Positions 41,337 to 48,964 of a DNA stretch of 64,000 nt are shown here, piece after piece. This DNA is from an uncultured Chloroflexia bacterium (GTDB lineage: Bacteria > Chloroflexota > Limnocylindria > Limnocylindrales > CSP1-4), in the NCBI GenBank assembly GCA_963734535.1, contig CAVTHS010000010.1:32001-96000 (forward strand), written 5' to 3'. The position numbers and the translations under genes were made by a program. The first letter of the stretch is position 1. Each line of letters starts with the position of its first letter. Under the pieces are notes generated by a model. It did not search any database. It was given only the letters and a program-made list of their open reading frames with translations, and was not told the DNA's origin.

Positions 41337-43019
41337 CTACTCCGCGCTGATCAGGTAGCGGTAGTGGGGTTGGAGGCCGGTCCGGACCTCCACGTCGTCG
41401 AGGGCCGGCCAGCGCGCGTGGATCCGCTGGGCGAGCCCCTCCGCCTCCGCCAGGCTCGCGTCCTCGCCGTACCACAGCGTCACGAGGCCGAAGCCCGGCG
41501 TGAACGAGCACAACCCCTCGAGGATGGCGGCATCGCGGTCGTCGCCGACGGCCAGCAGGCCGTCGTCGGGGTCGAGCGCCATGGTCTGCCCCTCGCGGAC
41601 CTGGTGGCCCCCGACGCGGGCGTCGCGCACCGCGGCGGTCACCAGCAGCGTCTGGATCTCCCGGCTCGCGCGCAGCATCCGCTCGGCGTTGCCGCTCGCA
41701 CCGTCCGCGACCTGCAGCGCGAGCACGGCCGCCAGGCCTTCGGCGGCGTTGCGGGTCGGCACGACCCGCGTCGGGCGGTCGGACATCTCGGCAGCCTGCC
41801 CGGCCGCGAGCTTCACGTTGGGGTTGTTCGGCAGGATCAGGATCTCCTCCGCCGGGGAGCGGCCGATCGCCTCGAGGATCTCGCCCGCGCTGGGATTTTC
41901 CGCCTGGCCGCCGCGCACGATCTCCACGGCGACCTCACCGCTGAGGGCCACCTCCTCGAAGTACGGGGTGAACCCATCGCCCGGGACCACCGCGATGATG
42001 CCGAGCGGCACGCGCGCCCCGTCGGCGTCGGCGGGCTGCGCTTCGATCTCCGCGGTCGCGGACGCGCCCAGCCCGGCGCCAGAGCGTGCCTCGCGAACCT
42101 CGTCCGTCTGGTGGTCGAGATCGAGAACCGTGGCGTTCACGATCCGTCCCAGCCGGAGCGCCTGGCGCATGACGAGGTCCGGGCGGCCGTTGTGGACGTG
42201 GATCTTGGCTGCCTTGGCGTCGCCGGCCACGTTCACCGACTCGCCGGTCCGCACGAGGTATTCCGTGATCCGATCGAGATCGAGGAGCTGCCCGGGAAAC
42301 GGCCGGATGAGGTAGACCGTCTCGTACCCGTGGCCCGCGTCGCTGACGGCGGCCCCCGCCGGGACCGGGCTCGGAAAGGCAGAGGGGCGTGCCGCCGGCG
42401 CGGGTGCCTCGCCGCGCAGGAAGCCGAGGGCCCCCTCGAACAGACGCACCAGACCCGCTCCGCCGGAGTCGACGACGCCGGCGTCGCGGAGCACGGGCAG
42501 CAGGCTCGGCGTCTTGGCCAGCGCCTTCTCGGCGGCATCCGTGGCGCTGCTGAGGACGGCGGCGATGTCGTTCTCGCGCTCGGCGGTCGCGACGGCCGCC
42601 GCGGCGGCCTCGCGAATCACGGTCAGCATCGTGCCCTCGACGGGACGGGGCACCGCGCCGTAGGCGGCCGTGCTGGCCGACGCCAGGGCATGGGCAAGGT
42701 CCAGGCCGTTGAAGCGGCGGCGTCCGGCGAAACCCTCGGCGAGGCCGCGCACGACCTGGCTCAGGATCACCCCGGAGTTGCCACGCGCCCCGAAGAGGGC
42801 GCCCTCGCGGAGCCGGTCGGCGACCCCCTCCACGCTGGAATCGTCGCGGACGTAGCGCAGCATCTCCGTGCAGGTCGCCAGCATGTTCGAGCCGGTGTCG
42901 CCGTCCGGGACGGGGAAGACGTTGAGGGCGTTGATCTCGTCGGCGTGCCGCTCGAGGTTCGCGACGGCCGCGCGGACCGCCTCCAGCAGCCCGGCGCCGT
43001 CGCAGGCGAGTCGAACCAC
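41337..43019 (-). CDS. fakA: DAK2-domain protein (fatty acid kinase FakA/YloV family)
   Basis: INALNVFPVPDGDTGSNM, GARGNSGVILSQ, VVDSGG, KIHVH, LPNNPN. Confidence 0.9.
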   Translation of the reverse strand: MVRLACDGAGLLEAVRAAVANLERHADEINALNVFPVPDGDTGSNMLATCTEMLRYVRDDSSVEGVADRLREGALFGARGNSGVILSQVVRGLAEGFAGRRRFNGLDLAHALASASTAAYGAVPRPVEGTMLTVIREAAAAAVATAERENDIAAVLSSATDAAEKALAKTPSLLPVLRDAGVVDSGGAGLVRLFEGALGFLRGEAPAPAARPSAFPSPVPAGAAVSDAGHGYETVYLIRPFPGQLLDLDRITEYLVRTGESVNVAGDAKAAKIHVHNGRPDLVMRQALRLGRIVNATVLDLDHQTDEVREARSGAGLGASATAEIEAQPADADGARVPLGIIAVVPGDGFTPYFEEVALSGEVAVEIVRGGQAENPSAGEILEAIGRSPAEEILILPNNPNVKLAAGQAAEMSDRPTRVVPTRNAAEGLAAVLALQVADGASGNAERMLRASREIQTLLVTAAVRDARVGGHQVREGQTMALDPDDGLLAVGDDRDAAILEGLCSFTPGFGLVTLWYGEDASLAEAEGLAQRIHARWPALDDVEVRTGLQPHYRYLISAE

Positions 43020-43020
43020 G

Positions 43021-43509
43021 CTAGGCAGCCCCGACCGTGGAGCCCGGGCGGGCAGGGTCGGGCGCCGGTGCGGAGTCGGCAGCTGCCGCGGCCACCGGCG
43101 GGTCGATGCGGGCAGCCCTCACGGCCGGCGGCGGAGCCGGCATCGCTGCGGACGAGGCGAAGCGCCGGTTGCTCAAGCCCTGCACGTGGATCGACACCGG
43201 GCCGACCTCCCGCGCGAGCGCCCGCTCGAGCCGGTAGCGGACCGCCGAGTCGACCTGCCGCGCGACCTCCGCGACCGGGACGCCGTAGGCGACCGTCAGC
43301 CAGACCTCGGTCGTGACGGTCGGGTGGAGCGTCACGCGGATCGCCCGGCTCCCCAGCCCCAGCCGCACGCGGCAGCGCGCCAGGAGGGTGGGCTCGGCGA
43401 GGCCGGTGACACCGTAGCTGCCCAGCGCAGCGTCGCGCACGATCTCGCTCAGCGCCCGGCGCGCCACGACGGCCCGGCCCGGCACGCCACGTGTCGGCTC
43501 CTCGGGCAT
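43021..43509 (-). CDS. Asp23/Gls24 family protein (YloU-like)
   Basis: ALGSYGVTG, VAYGVPVAEVARQV, VSIHVQGL; order rpmB<>yloU-yloV. Confidence 0.85.
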   Translation of the reverse strand: MPEEPTRGVPGRAVVARRALSEIVRDAALGSYGVTGLAEPTLLARCRVRLGLGSRAIRVTLHPTVTTEVWLTVAYGVPVAEVARQVDSAVRYRLERALAREVGPVSIHVQGLSNRRFASSAAMPAPPPAVRAARIDPPVAAAAADSAPAPDPARPGSTVGAA

Positions 43510-43550
43510 CGGGATCTCCTCGCGATTCGACGGCTGGACGCGGACGATGT

Positions 43551-43561
43551 GCTAGCATACA
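43551..43561. promoter_or_regulatory. Candidate bidirectional promoter for yloU-like gene and rpmB
   Basis: Plus-strand TGcTAGCAT (hexamer 43553-43558) overlaps minus-strand TATGCT (43559-43554). Confidence 0.5.
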
Positions 43562-43663
43562 GCCTCCCCGGACCCCTTCCGCGGCGGCGCTTCCGCGTGC
43601 CGAGAGGGGCAGATGGGAACGGCGGGCTACCCGCCGACCGAGCACCCTGAACTGAGGAACCTG

Positions 43664-43861
43664 ATGGCCCGGAGCTGCGCGATCTGCGGCAAGGTCTCCA
43701 TGGGCGGCTTCAACCCGCAGTCGAGCGGGATGAACCGCGTCCGTGCGCACCGCCGCTACCAGCCGAACCTGCAGCCGCTCGCCGTCGTCGAAGGCGGCAT
43801 CTCGACCCGCAAGCTCGTCTGCACCCGGTGCCGGCGCACGCAGACCAAGAAGAGCCGCTGA
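43664..43861 (+). CDS. rpmB: 50S ribosomal protein L28
   Basis: MARSCAICGK...RRYQPNLQ...VCTRC; GAGG RBS; divergent from yloU-yloV. Confidence 0.92.
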   Translation: MARSCAICGKVSMGGFNPQSSGMNRVRAHRRYQPNLQPLAVVEGGISTRKLVCTRCRRTQTKKSR

Positions 43862-43942
43862 CCCGTCACCGGGGCGCCCGTCGCCCCGGCTCCGCTGCCG
43901 CCCGACCCGGCCATGTGCCGGGTCGCTGCATATCCGGCGCAG

Positions 43943-44389
43943 TCAGCGATCCGCGCTGTCGAGCCAGATCGTGAACGGCCCGTCGTTCACGATCTCGACC
44001 TCCATCGCCGCGCCGAACCGCCCGCGCTCGACGCCCGTCCCGGTCGCCTCCAGCGCGTCGCAGAAGCGGCGGTAGAGCGTCTCAGCGTGAGCCGGCGCAG
44101 CCGCCCCGGCGAAGCCCGGCCGGCGTCCGCGCCCGAGGTCCGCATAGAGCGTGAACTGGCTCACCGCGAGCACGGAGCCGCCGACGGCGCCGAGGGCGAG
44201 GTTGGTCCGGCCCGCGGCATCCTCGAAGATCCGGAGCTCCACGATCCGGCGGGCGAGCAGATCCGCGGTCGCCTCGTCGTCACCGGGCGCGACACCCAGC
44301 AGGACGAGCAGGCCGCGGCCGATCGCGCCGACGCGCTCGCCGGACACCCGGACCTCGGCGCGGCTGACACGCTGGAGCAGCGCCCGCAC
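43943..44389 (-). CDS. dtd: D-aminoacyl-tRNA deacylase
   Basis: RALLQRV, SQFTL, GRFGAAM, NDGPFT. Confidence 0.96.
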   Translation of the reverse strand: MRALLQRVSRAEVRVSGERVGAIGRGLLVLLGVAPGDDEATADLLARRIVELRIFEDAAGRTNLALGAVGGSVLAVSQFTLYADLGRGRRPGFAGAAAPAHAETLYRRFCDALEATGTGVERGRFGAAMEVEIVNDGPFTIWLDSADR

Positions 44390-44394
44390 CGACC

Positions 44395-45390
44395 TCAGGC
44401 CCCGGGATCGGGCCGCGCGTCCCCCGTCGCGGCGAGGATTCGCGCCCGCCACGCAGCGGCCTCCGCGCATGCCGCGTCGCGTGCCTCCGAGAAGTTGTCG
44501 CGCGCCCAGCCCTCCGCGCTCCGCGGGACCAGCAGGTCGTAGTCGCGGACGCCGTCCGGGTTGATCTGCCCGTCGCCGCGCAGCATGAGCACCGGCACGT
44601 CGCGGAGCTCGATCGCGTCGCGGAGGGGACCCGCCAGGTGCTTCGGCAGCTGCGCAAAACGGACCATCTCGTCACGCGGGCGGGGCGGCACGCCGGCGTT
44701 CAGGTCGTTCGCGAACCCTTCGTCGGCCAGCGTCCGAACCAGGCGCACCTCGCGGGCCTGGTCCCGGCCCTTCATGAAGAGCGCCGTCCCCACCACGAGC
44801 ACATCCGCGCCCAGGCCGCCAACCAGCTCGGCGGTCTCGCGGTTCACTCCGCCATCGACGTGGACCTCGCCGCCCCATGGCTTGTGCGAGAGGAGGTCGC
44901 GTGCCGGGAGGATCTTCGCCTTCGCGACGTCGGCCATGAACGCCTGGCCACCGAAGCCCGGCTCCACCGTCATCACCATCACGATGTCGAGGAGCTCCCG
45001 GTAGGGCTCGAGGGCGGCGAGGGGTGTGCCCGGGCGGAGCGCCAGCCCCGCGGCCCGGCCCGCCGCCCGGATCCGTCGAAGGACCGGCTCGATCGGCTCG
45101 GTGATCTCGACGTGGATCGTGATCGAGTCGCAGCCGGCGTCGAGGAACTCGTCGAGCCAGCGGCCCGGCTGGGCGATCATCAGGTGCGCGTCGAAGGGGG
45201 CCTTGGTGACGGGTCGCAGCGCCCGGATGGTACCTGCCCCGAACGTGAGGTTGGGCACGAAGCGGGCATCCATCACGTCCAGGTGGATCCGGTCCGCGCC
45301 GGCCCGGATGACGCGCCGGACCTCGTACGCCAGGTTGCCGAGGTTCGCGTTCAGGATGCTGGCGGCGATGCGGGCGCGGCCGTCGCCCAT
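44395..45390 (-). CDS. rpe: Ribulose-phosphate 3-epimerase with C-terminal extra domain
   Basis: HLDVMD.RFVPNLTFG, DAHLM, MTVEPGFGGQ, VDGGV, VVGTALF, then ~105 extra aa. Confidence 0.92.
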   Translation of the reverse strand: MGDGRARIAASILNANLGNLAYEVRRVIRAGADRIHLDVMDARFVPNLTFGAGTIRALRPVTKAPFDAHLMIAQPGRWLDEFLDAGCDSITIHVEITEPIEPVLRRIRAAGRAAGLALRPGTPLAALEPYRELLDIVMVMTVEPGFGGQAFMADVAKAKILPARDLLSHKPWGGEVHVDGGVNRETAELVGGLGADVLVVGTALFMKGRDQAREVRLVRTLADEGFANDLNAGVPPRPRDEMVRFAQLPKHLAGPLRDAIELRDVPVLMLRGDGQINPDGVRDYDLLVPRSAEGWARDNFSEARDAACAEAAAWRARILAATGDARPDPGA

Positions 45391-46844
45391 CAGCGACTCC
45401 CCCGCCGGGCCGGACCCGGTGGCCGTCGCCCCGCCGGGCCGCGGCGATCGGGACGCGCGGCGGGACCGAGCCCTGCCGGGCGCGGCGATGGCGGCCGTGG
45501 CGCATCAGCGCGAGCCGCCTTGGGGCCCGTGGCCGCCGGACGCAACGTCGTGGGGCCGGACCCGGGCCGGCGCGGCGTGGGAGGTCGAGGCGTGACGCGG
45601 TCCATGATTGGCCGCACCGAGGCGGCCGGCAGGCCTGGCATCACCGGCTCCTGGCTGCGCTCGCCGGCGAGCGCAGCCGCCGACGCCGCAACGAGCCGCT
45701 CGCGACGGCGCGCGACGGCCACGGCGGTGGGTTCCGCCGACTTCTCCGCGGCGAGCTGGCCGCATGCCGCGCCGACCTCCTGGCCGCGGTTCCGCCGGAT
45801 CGTGACCCCGATCCCCGCCGCCCGCAGGCGGCCGGCAAACGCCTCCATGCGCTCGGCCGAGCTGGCCTGCCACGGCGTGTGGGCAACCGGGTTCATCGGG
45901 ATGCAATTCACGTGGCTGCCGGACCCTGCGATCAGCCGCGCCAGCGCGTCCGCGTCCGCAGCCGTGTCGTTGAGGCCGTCGATCATCACGTACTCGTAGC
46001 TCACCCGCCGGCCGGTCGCCGCCGCGTAGCCGGCCGCAGCGGCGACCACCGCCCGGACCGGCCAGCGCCGGTTGAGCGGGACGAGAAGGTCGCGCAGGGA
46101 ATCGCGCGCCGCATGGAGGCTCACCGCGAGCGTCCACTGCGGACCCAGGGCGGTCAGGCGCTCGATCCCGGGCACGACGCCCGAGGTGGAGATCGTGACG
46201 TGGCGGGAGCCCAGCCCGAAGCGATCGCCGTCGGTGAGAACCAGGGCCGCTCCGATCACGGCGTCGAGGTTGAGGAGCGGCTCGCCCATCCCCATGAACA
46301 CGAGGTTCGTCAGGTGGCGATCGCGAGCCATGAGCCGGCGCCGGGCGTGACGGGCCTGGTCCACGATCTCCGCCACGTCCAGGTCGCGCTCGAACCCGAG
46401 CTCGCCGGTGGCGCAGAACGGGCAGCCGACGGCACAGCCGGCCTGGCTGCTGATGCACAACGTGTTCCGCTCGCGCCGCTCGCCGCGGGCCGGGTAGTGC
46501 ATGAGGACGCTCTCGACGAGCCGTCCGTCCGAGAGGCGATGGAGCGCCTTCTCCGTGGCATCGTCGTCGGCAAGGCGGAGGTCGGTCTCGGCGACGGTGT
46601 CGAAGCGGAGACGCTCGGCCAGGCCGACCCGGAGTGGCCGGGCAAGGGTCGTGACCGCATCCCACGACGCGGCCTCCGAGCGCCAGACGGCGTCGGCGAC
46701 CTGCTGCGCCCGAAAGGCCGGCTCCCCCATCGAGGCAAGCAGCCCCACGAGCTCCGTCGGCTCGACGCCGGACACGCCGGGGCGCGGGTCGCGCGCGAGG
46801 GGCACGACGGGCAGCCCGATGGACGGGACGGTGGGCTCGGTCAT
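45390..46844 (-). CDS. rlmN: Dual-specificity RNA methyltransferase RlmN (radical SAM)
   Basis: CISSQAGCAVGCPFC, FMGMGEP, STSG, SLHA, AACGQL. Confidence 0.95.
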   Translation of the reverse strand: MTEPTVPSIGLPVVPLARDPRPGVSGVEPTELVGLLASMGEPAFRAQQVADAVWRSEAASWDAVTTLARPLRVGLAERLRFDTVAETDLRLADDDATEKALHRLSDGRLVESVLMHYPARGERRERNTLCISSQAGCAVGCPFCATGELGFERDLDVAEIVDQARHARRRLMARDRHLTNLVFMGMGEPLLNLDAVIGAALVLTDGDRFGLGSRHVTISTSGVVPGIERLTALGPQWTLAVSLHAARDSLRDLLVPLNRRWPVRAVVAAAAGYAAATGRRVSYEYVMIDGLNDTAADADALARLIAGSGSHVNCIPMNPVAHTPWQASSAERMEAFAGRLRAAGIGVTIRRNRGQEVGAACGQLAAEKSAEPTAVAVARRRERLVAASAAALAGERSQEPVMPGLPAASVRPIMDRVTPRPPTPRRPGSGPTTLRPAATGPKAARADAPRPPSPRPAGLGPAARPDRRGPAGRRPPGPARRGSR

Positions 46845-46854
46845 CGAGGCACGA

Positions 46855-47778
46855 TTATCCCACTCGCGACCCGGCAAGCCCGGGACGACCGCGCAGGAGC
46901 GCGCCGCCGTCCATCGGGCGGCCGCCGGCCGGCTGCACCTCGAGCAGCTGCAGGCGCCCGTCGGGCGTCGCGATCGCAAGGCCCGCCGCGCCATCGTCGA
47001 CGAGCCGGCCCGGCTCGTCGCCCTCCCGGGATGGCATGACCGCGGCGCGCAGGACCGCGATCCGGCCGCCTGCCGTGTCGACGAACGTGCCGGGCCACGG
47101 GCGAAGCGCGCGGACCTGGCGTTCGAGCGCGGCCGCCGAGCGAGTCGCGTCCAGCCGGCCGTCCTCGCGCCGGAAGGGCCGCGTGGCGCTCACCCCGTCC
47201 GGCGGCTGGGCGGCCGCCGGGAGCGCCCCCTGCAGCCACGGGCCCAGGGTTCGGCGAAGCAAGCCGGCCGCGACGGCTGCCAGCTGTGCCTCGAGCGATG
47301 GCGCGTCCACGCCCCCCGGCAGCGGGACCAGTTCGCTCGCGACGATCGGCCCCGTGTCCATGCCCGCGTCCATCCGGAACAGGGTGACCCCGGTATCCGT
47401 GTCGCCCTCGAGGATGGCCGCCGGGATCGGCGTCGCCCCGCGATGGCGAGGCAGCAGGGATGGGTGCAGGTTGAGGATGCCCTTTTGGGGGAGGTCCAGG
47501 ATGGCTGGCGGGAGGAGCTTGCCGTAGTCGGCAAGGATGCCGATCTCCGGGCACAGTGCGGCCAGCTGGTCGACGAATGCCGGATCCCGGAGGCGGGCCG
47601 GGGCGAGGATCGGCAAGCCGAGCCGTCCGGCTCGGTCCCCCACCGGCGTCGGCGTGACGACCGCGGCACGCCCCGCGGGCCGCGGCGGGGCCGTCACGAC
47701 CGCGACGAGCGTCAGCTCCGGCGCGGCGACGAGCACATCGAGGACCGGGACTGCGAACGCCCCGGAGCCGAAGAAGAT
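46855..47778 (-). CDS. fmt: Methionyl-tRNA formyltransferase (start codon unclear)
   Basis: IFFGSGAFAVPVL, NLHPSLLPRHRGATPI, MDAGMDTGP, PWPG; follows def. Confidence 0.92.
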   Translation of the reverse strand: MFFGSGAFAVPVLDVLVAAPELTLVAVVTAPPRPAGRAAVVTPTPVGDRAGRLGLPILAPARLRDPAFVDQLAALCPEIGILADYGKLLPPAILDLPQKGILNLHPSLLPRHRGATPIPAAILEGDTDTGVTLFRMDAGMDTGPIVASELVPLPGGVDAPSLEAQLAAVAAGLLRRTLGPWLQGALPAAAQPPDGVSATRPFRREDGRLDATRSAAALERQVRALRPWPGTFVDTAGGRIAVLRAAVMPSREGDEPGRLVDDGAAGLAIATPDGRLQLLEVQPAGGRPMDGGALLRGRPGLAGSRVG

Positions 47779-47791
47779 CGCCCGCGCGGGC

Positions 47792-48352
47792 TCAGCCGCG
47801 GGATGCCGCCTTGGCCCGCTCGGGGTCGATCCCGCGCTCCTCGAGCGCTGCGTCCGCGGCCCGGTCCTCCTCGTCGTCCATGCCGCCGCGTCCGACGGGG
47901 ATCAGCTCGTCCGGCGACGCGAGGTAGTCCACGTAGAGCTTCCCCTGCAGGTGGTCCAGCTCGTGCTGGAACGCCCGCCCGAGGAAGCCCGATCCTGCGA
48001 CCTTGAACTTCCGGCCCACGCGGTTCTGGGCAACCACCCAGACCTTCTCCTTCCGCGTCACGTACGCCACGTAGCCCGGAATGGAGAGGCATCCCTCGAG
48101 ATCGCGGTTCTCTCCGTCCTCGCGGACGATCCGCGGGTTCACGAGCTCGAACAGCCGATCCTCGACCTCGACGACGGCGACGTTCAGCGCCTCGCCGAGC
48201 TGCGGCGCGGCGAGGCCGACACCCGGCGCATGGCGCATCGTGTCGATCAGGTCGTCGACCAGCCCGTGGAGGAACTTGTTGAAGGATTCCACCGGCTGAC
48301 CGCGGAGCCGGAGCCGCGGGTCGCCGAGGGTGAGGATGGGCAGGACACTCAT
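47792..48352 (-). CDS. def: Peptide deformylase (likely leaderless mRNA)
   Basis: GVGLAAPQ, EGCLS, QHELDH; TATACT at 48359-48364, 6 nt before ATG. Confidence 0.97.
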   Translation of the reverse strand: MSVLPILTLGDPRLRLRGQPVESFNKFLHGLVDDLIDTMRHAPGVGLAAPQLGEALNVAVVEVEDRLFELVNPRIVREDGENRDLEGCLSIPGYVAYVTRKEKVWVVAQNRVGRKFKVAGSGFLGRAFQHELDHLQGKLYVDYLASPDELIPVGRGGMDDEEDRAADAALEERGIDPERAKAASRG

Positions 48353-48431
48353 GGCGCGAGTATACGAGAGGCGTGGGCCCGGCCCTCACGGCGCGTCCGA
48401 CCTGGCCGCCGCCCACGCCCCCGCCGGGATG

Positions 48432-48833
48432 TCAGGCGCCCGCGCCCTCGTCATCGGACGCGCTCCGATCCGCCGCCGGCCCGGGGCCGTCACCCTTCGC
48501 CGCGGGCTCATCCGCGTCCACGCGGTGCCGCAGCTCCTCCGCGAGGCGCCGCGAACGGTCCGCCACGCGCGCCCCGACCTCCTCGGTCTTCTCGGCGGCT
48601 CGCTTGGCGAAGGGGCCGGCCTTCTCGCCCGCGACGGCCGCGAGCTCGGCCGCCTTTGCGGCCACATCCCTGGCGACGGGGGCGGCGTGCGCAGTGACCT
48701 GGTCGATCATCTGCTGGAGCTGGGCGAGCCATTCGCGGGCCTGCGATGGGGTGCTCCCATCCGGCGGCACGCCACCATCGGCAGCCGGCTGATCGGCCAC
48801 AGGCTCGGTGGGCGGGATCTGCTCGTCGGTCAT
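48432..48833 (-). CDS. Hypothetical small Ala-rich helical protein
   Basis: ATG after AAGGAG; plausible codon usage; fills the priA-def gap. Confidence 0.75.
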   Translation of the reverse strand: MTDEQIPPTEPVADQPAADGGVPPDGSTPSQAREWLAQLQQMIDQVTAHAAPVARDVAAKAAELAAVAGEKAGPFAKRAAEKTEEVGARVADRSRRLAEELRHRVDADEPAAKGDGPGPAADRSASDDEGAGA

Positions 48834-48964
48834 CGGTCGTCTCCTTGCAGCGGGTTCGGGACAATTCTCCCACCCCCGGGAGGGAGCCGGTCATGTGCCG
48901 TCTGTACCGTCCCGTGCCCGGGACGGAATCCACACCTCGACGCGAGCGTCGCATCGGGGCGGGA

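Noticed and set aside
39120-43316. Very long plus-strand ORFs (e.g. 1398 aa here; also 29119-32700, 29466-34805 and 53313-57938)
   Set aside because: They are antisense shadows of real minus-strand genes; stop codons are scarce in high-GC DNA and the translations are Arg/Gly/Pro-rich with no motifs.
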